DNA of 28,734 nucleotides from Synechococcus sp. GTDB lineage: Bacteria > Cyanobacteriota > Cyanobacteriia > Thermostichales > PCC-7336. The position numbers and the translations under genes are program-made. The stretch spans positions 1 through 28,734 of the forward strand of contig JBFRWN010000121.1 in NCBI GenBank assembly GCA_051439605.1, read 5' to 3'. The notes under the pieces were generated by a model that made no database searches, had not been told where the DNA came from, and saw nothing but the letters and a program-made list of their open reading frames with translations. Below are positions 9,566-18,852 of this stretch, one piece after another (within the stretch, counting starts at the first letter, position 1; each line of letters starts with the position of its first letter).

Positions 9566-11308
9566 CTAGCGAGGGCGAGGTACCCGTTCTGCGAAGGTGG
9601 GCACATCCACCACTTGACGAGGTATATCCTCGCCGAGGGTGGGTGGATCTCCTGGATCGTCATCAACCCCACTGTTGCCGGACCCCAGATCTTGGACAAA
9701 CAGCGGCACGGTAATGGTGACTGTCGATCCGGTTCCTTCTCCCTCGCTGAAAAACGTAATTGAGCCAGACATTGCCTCCAGAAGCTTGCGGCTAATGGCC
9801 AACCCAAGACCGGTACCTCCATATTGTCGCGTACTGGAACCATCAGCTTGGGTAAATGGTTGAAATAGCTTGGCTTGCTGAGCCTTAGACACGCCAATAC
9901 CGGTGTCTTGTACGGAGATTGACACGTCAGATGCGCTTAGGGTCGCAACAACACTGACGCTCCCGGTATGGGTGAATTTAATGGCGTTCCCCACCAAATT
10001 AAGCAGTACCTGTAGCAATCGCTGGTGGTTACCAAAGATAAACACGGGGCCCTCGCTGGGGGGCAAGCTGAAAATTAGGGCTAGCCCCTTTTGAGTGGCC
10101 TGGAGTCGAGTCTTAATTTCGACATCGTCAAACAGCGAACGCAGATCGTGGGGGGCCAATTCCATGGTCATTTTGCCTGCTTCGATCTTGGCAATATCGA
10201 GGACGTCATCAATTAGGGCCAACAGGTGAAGGGCCGAACGGTGGGCTTCCTGTAAAAACTCCGCTTCTTCTTCAGGGGATTCTGCCATGTCATCTTTGAG
10301 TAGCTGCAAAAAACCAATGATGGCATTCAGGGGGGTACGAAGTTCGTGGGAGGTATTGGCTAAAAACTGACTCTTGAGTTTGTTGGCCGATTCCGCCTGC
10401 TCGCGGGCCAACTGCAACTCCGAATTCTTTTGACGCAGGGTGTGGTTGGTCAACTGCAACCGCGTACCAATTTGCCGGCTTTGATCCAACAGCTGCGCGT
10501 GGGCGATCGCAGTGCCAAGATGCACTGCGACCAGTTCTAGTTCTGCCAGTCGCCCGGCAGAAAGAGATTGGTGTTGGGGATCGAATTCAAAGTGCAGCAA
10601 ACCGTTGGCATGCCCCTGATAAAAGGTTGCCAAGGTCAGCGTTCGGTTGGTGAAAACAGGCTTTTGCTGCTTCAGCGCCTGCATTGCTAAGGGAGCATCG
10701 GCAAGCTCCACGGGCTCGTCCATTGTGGTGGTGGCAGCAGCAGTATGGGAATATTGCGCTTTGGCAAGCAGAAAGGGTTGTCCTACTTCGTAAAGGGACA
10801 TTCGACACAGTGTGCATCCCACTTTCGGCCCTAGCAAGCTGACTGCTTGTTCTAAGATGCAATCGGCGTCCAGAGTATGGCGCAGTTGATGAATTAATGC
10901 CTCAGTCAAGCGGGTTTTTGTTGGGATGGCAAGCTTAGGCAACCCATCGGGGGCCTGTTTTACCCGTACAACTTTCCCCACAGCCGTTACCGCGAGGGTG
11001 GAACCATCCAAACTGCGCAGCGGATTGAGCAACAGATCCAGCTGCATGATTAGCCCGTGGGTCAGGACGTAAACGTTAATGCGATCGCTCTCGCCGCTAG
11101 TGGCCACTGCTTTGAGGGTGGCAAGATAGCGATCTCGATGGGCAGGAGCCCAATCTGCTTGGCCATTTTCAGCTTGCCCTCTAACCAGCCAGTCCGCAGG
11201 AATACCGTAGGCAGATGCCCCCTCCCAACGACAGGCCCAAAACTGTCCTTGTAGGTCTTGCGTATAAAAAATGCTGTCGCGCTGCGCTTTGGCATCCGCC
11301 ATAGACAT
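9566..11308 (-). CDS. Cytoplasmic sensor histidine kinase (degenerate PAS-like region, GAF, HisKA, HATPase_c)
   Basis: H-box [15 protein letters not shown]-box [15 protein letters not shown]1 DTGIG, G2 GGTGLGL. GAF-like IHQLRHTLD...[10 protein letters not shown]. No TM segment or receiver domain. Confidence 0.92.
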   Translation of the reverse strand: MSMADAKAQRDSIFYTQDLQGQFWACRWEGASAYGIPADWLVRGQAENGQADWAPAHRDRYLATLKAVATSGESDRINVYVLTHGLIMQLDLLLNPLRSLDGSTLAVTAVGKVVRVKQAPDGLPKLAIPTKTRLTEALIHQLRHTLDADCILEQAVSLLGPKVGCTLCRMSLYEVGQPFLLAKAQYSHTAAATTTMDEPVELADAPLAMQALKQQKPVFTNRTLTLATFYQGHANGLLHFEFDPQHQSLSAGRLAELELVAVHLGTAIAHAQLLDQSRQIGTRLQLTNHTLRQKNSELQLAREQAESANKLKSQFLANTSHELRTPLNAIIGFLQLLKDDMAESPEEEAEFLQEAHRSALHLLALIDDVLDIAKIEAGKMTMELAPHDLRSLFDDVEIKTRLQATQKGLALIFSLPPSEGPVFIFGNHQRLLQVLLNLVGNAIKFTHTGSVSVVATLSASDVSISVQDTGIGVSKAQQAKLFQPFTQADGSSTRQYGGTGLGLAISRKLLEAMSGSITFFSEGEGTGSTVTITVPLFVQDLGSGNSGVDDDPGDPPTLGEDIPRQVVDVPTFAERVPRPR

Positions 11309-11447
11309 TAGCTGACCTAGTAAGAAAAACCTGCTCTTATAGCCTACCCAGTCCTTTCGATGGGGTTTCGAAGAGATGCTTTAGGGGAGTTATAAAAATT
11401 GTCGGTCGTTCAAGATCTTAGGCCATTCAAGATCCTGTGCATTAAAT

Positions 11448-12212
11448 TTAGCAATATTCGGAGATATCTTCTCCACAGTCATCGGCTAGATAGGACAGCG
11501 AGCGAAAGCGCAGCCCCACTAGCTGGTCGTAAAGAGGATTGATCTTGCACATGGGGGGGATATGCATCACTTTTTTGCCAAACAGCTTCACATCCCGCTC
11601 GAATGGACATTGGGCCGGTACCATCTTGCAAATAAACCGAGCCAAATGGGGATCGTGGATCTCCATGTCATCCAGCCAATGCTTGACGGGGGATAGCAGG
11701 GCGGCGTGGTTATCTTTGGGAAACCCATCAGCACTTGCGATGCCAGACTCTGGAGAGATTGTCTTTGGCGATGGTGAATCAGTCGGAATGGTTTTTGTGG
11801 AAGACGGTAACTGACCGGCATCCCTTTGAAGTTCGTCCGCTTCCAAGTCGCAAACGGTCGCCTCTAGCGTATCTAGGATGCTAGCCTCCACCCCCAAAGC
11901 GGTTTGAAAGCTGCGTAACTGCTTGAGTTCAGACGTGGAAAGCACCCCATCTGCCAAGGCAACAATCACGGCAGTGCGCATAAAATTTTCTGCAGCGTCA
12001 GGGGTGTTGAATTGGACGGCCAATTCTGTTGCACTGATGACCTCTAAATTCGGAAGCTCGATGCATGGTATTACCTTGTCTCTAGCAATTTGTTCGATTG
12101 CTGCCTTTTCATCAGGGTCGTAATGGCCATCGGCCCAAGCAATAGTTAGTAAGCCCCTCAACCAGGTAGTGATTTGCTCGTCAGTGTAGCGAGTTTGAAC
12201 AGTTCCTTGCAT
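11448..12212 (-). CDS. TerB-like N-domain plus Mo-dependent nitrogenase C-terminal domain protein
   Basis: WLRGLLTIAWADG / VALADG TerB repeats, and QCPFERDV...HIPPMCKINPLYDQLVGLRFRSLSYLAD. GGAGG RBS before ATG 12212. Confidence 0.88.
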   Translation of the reverse strand: MQGTVQTRYTDEQITTWLRGLLTIAWADGHYDPDEKAAIEQIARDKVIPCIELPNLEVISATELAVQFNTPDAAENFMRTAVIVALADGVLSTSELKQLRSFQTALGVEASILDTLEATVCDLEADELQRDAGQLPSSTKTIPTDSPSPKTISPESGIASADGFPKDNHAALLSPVKHWLDDMEIHDPHLARFICKMVPAQCPFERDVKLFGKKVMHIPPMCKINPLYDQLVGLRFRSLSYLADDCGEDISEYC

Positions 12213-12352
12213 TCTGCGAACCTCCCTCACAGACCCACATCGCCATGTTATCTTTACTGTCCAAAAAAGGGAGTGACTAATAGCTCACATCTTTGGGTGA
12301 GTGCCCGTAACCTTCTTTAGAATGAGCCCGGTCCTTAGAAGGAGTTAATGAA

Positions 12353-12616
12353 GTGCCCTGGTTTGTCAAAATTGAGCGCGGAGTGGTGAATAAATCCGAA
12401 TTCGATCGCCACGTCACCGCCCATCGTGCCTACGTGCGCCAGTTGGTGGATGGGGGACATCAAGCCGAGACAGGATATTGGCAGGAAAGCGAAGGAGGAA
12501 TGTTGTTGTTTACGGCGGCATCTTGGCAAGAGGCAAAGGAGATTGTGGCTAACGATCCGCTGATTGTGAACGGCTGTGTGGAATACGAATTACATCAATG
12601 GATAAAGGTGAGTTAA
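12353..12616 (+). CDS. YciI family protein
   Basis: MPWFVKIERG...HRAYV...GGMLLF...DPLIVNGCVEYELHQW; AAGGAG RBS and GTG start. Confidence 0.88.
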   Translation: MPWFVKIERGVVNKSEFDRHVTAHRAYVRQLVDGGHQAETGYWQESEGGMLLFTAASWQEAKEIVANDPLIVNGCVEYELHQWIKVS

Positions 12617-12681
12617 GCCATTAAACAATCGCCATCCAATGCTCCGAACTGTCGAGGAAGGGTAAACCTGATGTTGGAACA

Positions 12682-13061
12682 TCAGTCTAAGTCTTCTCCA
12701 AACATGATGCGGTGACCGTCGATGGTGCGAACAGCAAACTCGCGCATTCCCCAGGGCTCGTCCGCTAAAGGCTTGATGATGTCAGCCCCGCGTTCGCTCA
12801 CCCAAGCACAGTAGTCCGTGACGTTGTCTACCAACATGTAGGCGAAATAGGAATGATCCCCTAACTCGGCGGCAGGAGTGGCATCTGGGCAGTGACCCGC
12901 CAATTATCTTTGACAAAAAATCTCCACCCAGGGTCGCCGATTTCCCGGATATCGAAACCTAAAACATCTCGGTAATAGTTGGCCGAGCTTGCCAAGTCCA
13001 AAACTGCAAGGACGTAGCGGGCTTGTTCGATCCGAGCTTTTGGTACTGAATCTTCAGGCAT
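12682..13061 (-). pseudogene. VOC/glyoxalase family gene, frameshifted near 12903
   Basis: The 5' frame (YVLAVLDLASSANYYRDVLGF...GWRFFVKDN) and the 3' frame (AGHCPDA...DEPWGMREFAVRTIDGHRIMFGE) are two halves of one VOC domain. GGAG RBS before 13061. Confidence 0.75.
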
Positions 13062-13238
13062 TTAACTCTCCGACATGACATCCCCGGACAACGAAGTACT
13101 CAGGCATCCCCCTGCGATCGGAGAATTTCCTCAAACTGAATGGCATCATCCCCCGACAAATCGATGCGATCACCAGCCTTTTTGACGCTCATGTCGGTAC
13201 TTTTGCAGAAGAAAACCAAGAGTTTCCCCCCCCTCTCG

Positions 13239-13436
13239 TTAGGCGTAATTCCGCTCGGCACCATCGCTGCCGAAGATATAGTCTCCCGACGGAATCCAGA
13301 CAAATTCTCCACTTGCCTCCCATTGGGGGCGATTGAGGACTAGCTCTGAGGCTTGCAATGGCGTGAGGGGGGTGAGGAGAATAATCCCCCAAGTTCCCAA
13401 GATAGAAGAGAGAACGGCGATCGCAATTCGAACCAT
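13239..13436 (-). pseudogene. Truncated secreted SUMF1/FGE-sulfatase-family gene remnant
   Basis: Signal-peptide-like start, then FVWIPSGDYIFGSDGAERNYA*, which resembles the conserved first motif (xxIPxGxFxMGS) of FGE-sulfatase domains and stops immediately. Confidence 0.5.
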
Positions 13437-13543
13437 GGTGGATGAAGTAACTGAAGGAGCAAGTCTATTCTCGTCTGAACAACCGAAGCCCAACATCTTC
13501 AGGCTGCACGGTAAACTCAGATGGCGTCATTTCGGCACGATCC

Positions 13544-14182
13544 TTGGGAATTGAACTTCGCAGCTACGTTTATATAGATAGCCTTCAACCACAACATGCC
13601 GCCTATATGGGAACCGTTTCCGTTGGTTTTTTGCCCCTCCCTGGCGATTCTTCCCTCTGGATCGAAATTTCACCCGGGATCGAAATCAACCGCATTACCG
13701 ATGTAGCCATGAAGGCAGCAGTAGTCCGTCCGGGGGTGCAGATGGTGGAACGGCTCTACGGTTTGCTGGAAATCCATGCCAGCAGCCAAGCTGAAGTCAG
13801 AGTGGCGGGGCAAGCCATCTTGGATACCCTCGGCGTTCGTCGCCAAGATTGTTTCAAACCCCAATTAATTTCTAGCCAAATTATTCGCAACGTCGATCCG
13901 CAGCACGCTCAAATGGTTAACCGAACCCGCAGGGGCAACATGCTACTTGCCGGGCAATCTTTGTACGTAATGGAGGTGGTTCCGGCCGCCTACGCTGCAC
14001 TAGCGGCTAACGAGGCGGAAAAAGCAGCATCCATCAACATTTTGCAGGTGTCAGCGGTGGGCAGTTTTGGACGCCTGTATTTAGGGGGGCCCGAACGAGA
14101 AATCGTAGCAGCGTCTCGGGCTACTGTGGCTGCCATTGAGGGTCAGACCGGTCGGCTATCGAGCGATCGCCAAGTGGAATAA
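13544..14182 (+). CDS. ccmP: Beta-carboxysome shell BMC-T protein CcmP
   Basis: [20 protein letters not shown]...GFLPLPGD...AANEAEKAA...GSFGRLYL, a tandem BMC domain; TTG start. Confidence 0.9.
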   Translation: MGIELRSYVYIDSLQPQHAAYMGTVSVGFLPLPGDSSLWIEISPGIEINRITDVAMKAAVVRPGVQMVERLYGLLEIHASSQAEVRVAGQAILDTLGVRRQDCFKPQLISSQIIRNVDPQHAQMVNRTRRGNMLLAGQSLYVMEVVPAAYAALAANEAEKAASINILQVSAVGSFGRLYLGGPEREIVAASRATVAAIEGQTGRLSSDRQVE

Positions 14183-14293
14183 ACCTGCTTTAGCAATCTT
14201 TCTAGCTTTGGAAAACTCGTCTACTCTCCAGCAAATTCGCTGCAGCCCCCTGATTCTTGTTACCTTCGGTATAACGGATAACTGGAGATCCGT

Positions 14294-15130
14294 ATGACGA
14301 CAGCCCGACAGAACAGCTCCCAACGACGCAATCTCCGCGTCGTTAAAGAGTTTGGTGCTCGCGGGGACTCATCGCACCAACAGGGTTCTCGCGATAATCG
14401 CGGCGTGAACTTGCGGGGGGCTGACCTGCGGGGGGGAGACTTTACTAGGGCCGACCTGAGGGGAGCAAATTTATCAGGGGCAATCCTATCTGGGGTCAGC
14501 CTAGAGAAAGCCGATTTGACTGGTGCAGACTTGACTGCAGCAAATCTGGATGAGGCCAACCTGAAGAGCGCCATCCTAACCGGCACTTGCTTGCAGCAAA
14601 CTCGCCTGAGAGAGGCGGATCTAACCTTAGCCAATTTCGAACAAGCCAATTTGGTGGATGCCAACCTCAGCTACGCGAACGCAGTTGGGGCAAAATTTAC
14701 GGCGGCGCTTCTGCGAGATGCTGACTTCAGTCAGGCTAACGGGATAGGGGCTACCTTTGCTGGAGCAGATTTGCGGCAGGCAGATTTGAGTTGGGCTAAT
14801 TTACAGCGGGCGGATTTCAATAACGCTGATTTGATTTCGGCGATCTTATGCCAAGCAAATTTAAGTCGGGCCAACCTGTTTGAATCAGAACTGGCAGGGG
14901 CCGATCTGCACAGCGCTAATTTAGCGCGGGCCAATTTAGCCCATTCCCATCTGCTGGGAGCCTGTCTGTTTGCGGCCAATCTATTCCTAGCGGATCTGTT
15001 TGCGGCTGACTTGACTGGAGCTGATTTGCGTCGAGCAAACTGCGATCGCAGCAATATGGAACAGGTGATTTTGACTGACGCCAAGCTGAAACGAGCCAGT
15101 ACAGTGGATGTAACGGGGCTTTGTAACTGA
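14294..15130 (+). CDS. Pentapeptide repeat protein
   Basis: Long run of A(D/N)Lxx repeats over most of the 278 aa. Confidence 0.93.
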   Translation: MTTARQNSSQRRNLRVVKEFGARGDSSHQQGSRDNRGVNLRGADLRGGDFTRADLRGANLSGAILSGVSLEKADLTGADLTAANLDEANLKSAILTGTCLQQTRLREADLTLANFEQANLVDANLSYANAVGAKFTAALLRDADFSQANGIGATFAGADLRQADLSWANLQRADFNNADLISAILCQANLSRANLFESELAGADLHSANLARANLAHSHLLGACLFAANLFLADLFAADLTGADLRRANCDRSNMEQVILTDAKLKRASTVDVTGLCN

Positions 15131-15490
15131 CCAGAAGATTAAGAGTTTTGAGAACTTCTAGGCCCACAATTTTCGGAAAAGCTGTTGCTGTACGTACTTT
15201 TTGCAGACTATTGAAATCAACGATCGTGCTTTTGTCTGCAGACGAGAGAAATCGATTGCTTTTCCCTTACTTTTGTAAATAAATTTGTAGGAAGGTGCTT
15301 GAGAAGATTGCGTTCTATGAATGAAATCTTTGTATTATTTGATGAAGATTTAGCAAGTTTGGGTTGCCTTATTTGTTCGAAATTCTCTGCTGAATCGATC
15401 TCTCTAAAATAGAGGCATAGAAGGGGTTGATGGTACGTGTCCATTCCCTTTTGCTCTTATCGAATATTGACTCTCTAGTGGAGTTTCATC

Positions 15491-16588
15491 ATGAGTACAA
15501 CTTTTAGACGTCGGGGGTTATTTCCCGGCGATATTACATGGTCAGGATTAAGTGACTGGATTTCTAGTACCAACAGTCGAATTTTTATCGGTTGGTTTGG
15601 AGTACTGGCGATTCCCACCCTGATGGTGGCCAGCATTTGTTTTATATTCGCGTATATCAGTGCCCCTGGGGTGGATGTAGATGGCATCCGCGAGCCAGTA
15701 CTGGGATCGCTGATAGATGGCAACAATCTGATTAGTGCGGCGGTGGTGCCCACCTCTGCGGCGATTGGATTGCACTTTTACCCGTTATGGGAAGCCGCTT
15801 CCATTGAGGAATGGCTGTATAACGGTGGACCTTACCAGCTCATCGTGTTCCATTTTTTAATTGGCATCTTTGCCTTTATGGGCCGCCAGTGGGAATTGTC
15901 TTACCGGCTAGGCATGCGCCCCTGGATTCCTCTAGCCTTCTCAGCCCCGGTAGCTGCTGCCACCGCCGTTCTGCTGATTTACCCCATTGGCCAAGGGAGT
16001 TTTTCTGAAGGGCTGCCCTTAGGGATTGCTGGGACTTTTCACTTCATGTTGGCGTTTCAGGCGGATCACAACGTGCTCATGCACCCTTTACACATGGCAG
16101 GGGTGATTGGGGTTTACGGAGGAGCGCTATTGTCGGTGGTTCATGGTTCGCTAGTGACCTCTTCCCTGATTCGCGAAACCACTGCTGACGAATCAATTTT
16201 GGCCGGCTATCGTTTCGGGCAACCCAACGAAACGTACAATTTAATGGCGGGCCATTACGGCTATCTGGGCCGGACGTTATTCCGCGGCACGGGACTTTCT
16301 AATAAGCGCACCATCCACGCATTTTTGGCAATATTCCCCGTCATGGGAATTTGGCTGGCGGCAGCTGGGGTGTCGGTGATGGCGTTTAACTTGAACGGGT
16401 TTAACTTCAACGGATCGGTGCTAGACAGCAGCGGCAGAACGATCGGTACCGATGCCGATATTCTCAACCGTGCCAGCTTGGGCATCCAGGTCATGCATGC
16501 CCCTAATGCCCATCACTTTCCACACGTGCTTGCTGGTGGAGGAGTCGCTCCGGTCAGTCTTTCGGCTCCAGCTATTGAATGGTCTTAA
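15491..16588 (+). CDS. psbA: Atypical ('rogue', group 2-like) Photosystem II D1 protein
   Basis: Clear D1 fold ([37 protein letters not shown]). Mn-cluster ligands altered: D170E, E189D, E333A, D342V. YZ161, H190, H198, H215, H272, H332, H337 and A344 retained. Confidence 0.95.
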   Translation: MSTTFRRRGLFPGDITWSGLSDWISSTNSRIFIGWFGVLAIPTLMVASICFIFAYISAPGVDVDGIREPVLGSLIDGNNLISAAVVPTSAAIGLHFYPLWEAASIEEWLYNGGPYQLIVFHFLIGIFAFMGRQWELSYRLGMRPWIPLAFSAPVAAATAVLLIYPIGQGSFSEGLPLGIAGTFHFMLAFQADHNVLMHPLHMAGVIGVYGGALLSVVHGSLVTSSLIRETTADESILAGYRFGQPNETYNLMAGHYGYLGRTLFRGTGLSNKRTIHAFLAIFPVMGIWLAAAGVSVMAFNLNGFNFNGSVLDSSGRTIGTDADILNRASLGIQVMHAPNAHHFPHVLAGGGVAPVSLSAPAIEWS

Positions 16589-16688
16589 ATAGTAGGCTCT
16601 GAATATAGTTGACCCTGTATAGAGTTCTCTCGGTTTCGCTTGACTTTGGGGTCAAACTAGTCCGGATTGCAAGCAGCTTCTGAACAAA

Positions 16689-16732
16689 AGCGATCGCCAG
16701 ATGTTGAGGTCTCTCTCCATTTGGCGATCGCT
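16689..16732 (-). terminator. Long hairpin built from two HIP1 sites, probable terminator of the minus-strand cluster
   Basis: agcgatcgccagatg (16689-16703) / catttggcgatcgct (16718-16732). On the minus strand it is followed by a T-rich tract, and it lies between convergent genes. Confidence 0.55.
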
Positions 16733-16790
16733 ATTTGGAATGGCGGATTTCAAGTCTATTAGGGCAGTCATGCAATGGTATAACTGCCAT

Positions 16791-17273
16791 TTAAAATAGT
16801 TGACGGACTTGGCGGTTGAACCGAAATCGTTCAACCCCTTCCCGAAATCTTTGAGCTTCCAATCGCCGTCTGGATCGCCTGGACCGTCTGGCAACTGTTT
16901 CGTAACGATCTCGATATGCGGAGCGAGAAACATCCCTTCTGAAAGGATCCTGGAAGGGTTGTTGGTAGGGTACGCGAGCCAAATTCACTTGTTGCAGCCT
17001 AGCCCGAGAATTGCGAGGGGGAGCTGCGTTAACATCTCGCTCCTGTGCTCGAGAACTGCGGGAGCGAGCCAAATTCACTTGTTGCCTCCGAGCTTGAGTG
17101 AGAGTGCGGGAGCGAGCCGAGTCAACTTGTTGCTCTTGAGCTTGAGTGAGAGTGCGGGAGCGAGCCGAGTCAACTTGTCCCTGAGCTTCTCGGGAACTGA
17201 TGAGAGAAAAGAAAGAGAGACTAAGGGCGACGATCGCTATCCTCGAGATCGCAGGGGGAGGATTGGCTAACAT
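16791..17273 (-). CDS. Secreted Arg-rich tandem-repeat hypothetical protein
   Basis: Signal-like RIAIVALSLSFFSLISSREAQG; repeats QV(D/N)(S/L)ARSR...; 34 Arg and no Lys in 160 aa by manual count. Confidence 0.65.
   Translation of the reverse strand: MLANPPPAISRIAIVALSLSFFSLISSREAQGQVDSARSRTLTQAQEQQVDSARSRTLTQARRQQVNLARSRSSRAQERDVNAAPPRNSRARLQQVNLARVPYQQPFQDPFRRDVSRSAYRDRYETVARRSRRSRRRLEAQRFREGVERFRFNRQVRQLF
16974..17178. repeat. In-frame 48-bp tandem repeat (about 2.5 copies) plus degenerate 45-bp units
   Basis: Identical 41-mers at 17090-17130 and 17138-17178; gcgagccaaattcacttgttgc at 16974 and 17064. Confidence 0.9.
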
Positions 17274-17533
17274 AGGGCTCTGTTATCGAAAACATAGTTC
17301 CTTTATAACCATCACAACACCATTTAACACAAGCATCAATAGCCATCTTGAACCTCTGGAGCTGCTCTCAATCTCCGATATGTCTATGCAGTGACATGCA
17401 GATCCACTGCTAAAGGGATCTCGCCTATAGAGGCTATTCTCCTAGTGATGACGGATGATGCTTTTCCCCATGCAGGTTCTGGATCGCTGCAAAGTACTGC
17501 TCGACTGGATGGTCGTCACAGCAAACAGACGGG

Positions 17534-18163
17534 CTAATCGATGGATATCGCAATCCCTGAAGTCCAACTTCCTCCAGATCTAGACTGTTGCTGCTGCATC
17601 AAAACTTGCCTCGCTCCAACCACTCGGCCATTACCGCTGAAGTAGGGACGGCTTCCTTTCTCTGCTTCCACCAGAGCAATCTGTAGCTGAGCAGAGCCTT
17701 GTCCAGACATGGAGATGCTGTTATTTCCCCGTCGCAGATACGAATTTAAGCGCAAACTCACTATCCGGTTCAGATTGGCTACAGATTGACCGTTGATCTT
17801 GACATTACCGTTGCCGCTACCCGATACCAGCAAGAGATAGTCGGCTCTGGAGAGGTGAGCGTAGGGAATACTGCTGGAGCTACTAATACTGCTTGATCTG
17901 CTGGAACTACTAGAGGAGCTAAACGAGGAAAAGGACTGTGTATAAGAGCGATCGCCATTTTCGCCAGACACGCCAGCATCTCCGGTATGGGTATCTACTA
18001 AAACGCGGTTGTTTGAAGGGCGATTTTGCACAGACAAAGAGTCGGTCACCACGGTAACCGATCCGTCCGCTCCCGTGCGCACGATAACCCCAGCCCATAC
18101 GCCACAACAGCCCAGCACTGCCGCCCCTAGGGCGATCGCTCCAATGCGTAATGGTCCGAACAT
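17534..18163 (-). CDS. Secreted hypothetical protein with poly-Ser linker and C-terminal beta-sandwich-like domain
   Basis: AGGAG RBS; signal peptide ending VWA; SSFSSSSSSSRSSSISSSSS linker; VKINGQSV...LNSYLRRGNNSISM jelly-roll-like motif. Confidence 0.8.
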   Translation of the reverse strand: MFGPLRIGAIALGAAVLGCCGVWAGVIVRTGADGSVTVVTDSLSVQNRPSNNRVLVDTHTGDAGVSGENGDRSYTQSFSSFSSSSSSSRSSSISSSSSIPYAHLSRADYLLLVSGSGNGNVKINGQSVANLNRIVSLRLNSYLRRGNNSISMSGQGSAQLQIALVEAEKGSRPYFSGNGRVVGARQVLMQQQQSRSGGSWTSGIAISID

Positions 18164-18396
18164 GAGCTGTCTCCTATCTGCACTTGTGGGATTGATTGGG
18201 CATTCTCAACACACCAATACCGAAACACCCATCGGCACCATCACATCTCTCCACCACTCCTCCAATTTGTCACACTCATTTCCCTTCACTCATGGGAAAT
18301 TATCGATGTGGCCACTTCGGTTAGGACAGTAAAGTCTATACCTAGTCAAAGCTCCGGGTCGCTGAAATGTCCGAAGCGACTTGACAGTCGCTATAA

Positions 18397-18852
18397 CTAG
18401 CGGTGCCTGTTGTTCCTCCGCCACCCGCCGTTAGAGCCTCTGCCTCGATTTCCAAGGTTGATGTCCACCGACTGATTTTGCACCAACTGTTGGTTGAGCT
18501 CTGCGGATTGAGCCCCTCCACCTCCCCCAGAGGACAGCTGGGTTTGGTTGCCCACCACCGCTCCGGACTGGTTTTGGTTCACCTGAATGCGATCCCGCCA
18601 CCGATTGCCCCTGGCACCGCTGATGTTAACCGTCTGATTTTGAATTAACTGCTGATCGAGCCGTTGAGATTGGGAACCGCTGCCCCCAGCAGATATCTGG
18701 GTTTGGTTGCCCACCACCACGCCTGACTGGTTCTGTTCCACCTGAATAATGACGGGCCGCCTTCCCCCTCGACGATGCTGCGGGCCAGCTTCTGCCTCCG
18801 CACAGATCGCCATAGACATCAGTAGCACCGCCAGAGCTACTTGAACTTTCAT
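18397..18852 (-). CDS. Secreted Q/N/G-rich protein with two ~42-aa repeats (candidate amyloid subunit)
   Basis: MKVQVALAVLLMSMAICAEAEA signal; repeats IQVEQNQSGVVVGNQTQI...LDQQLIQNQTVNI and IQVNQNQSGAVVGNQTQL...LNQQLVQNQSVDI. Confidence 0.85.
   Translation of the reverse strand: MKVQVALAVLLMSMAICAEAEAGPQHRRGGRRPVIIQVEQNQSGVVVGNQTQISAGGSGSQSQRLDQQLIQNQTVNISGARGNRWRDRIQVNQNQSGAVVGNQTQLSSGGGGGAQSAELNQQLVQNQSVDINLGNRGRGSNGGWRRNNRHR

Noticed and set aside
11409..11435. Direct repeat ttcaagatc x2 upstream of the histidine kinase
   Set aside because: Only 9 bp and could be chance; no supporting motif.
11448..12212. Evidence of nitrogen fixation from the 'Mo-dependent nitrogenase C-terminal' domain
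   Set aside because: This domain is widespread in non-diazotrophic cyanobacteria and no nif genes are present.
15491..16588. Chlorophyll f synthase (chlF) call
   Set aside because: Lacks the QD motif (has MG), retains H332/H337 and a D1-like C-terminus, and there is no far-red gene cluster nearby.
16974..17178. Possible CRISPR array
   Set aside because: Units are contiguous 48/45-bp in-frame coding repeats with only about 7 variable nt, no unique spacers and no cas genes.
16800..17270. Plus-strand 156-aa ORF with repeats
   Set aside because: Antisense shadow of the minus-strand repeat gene, which has an ATG, a signal peptide and the same orientation as its neighbours.
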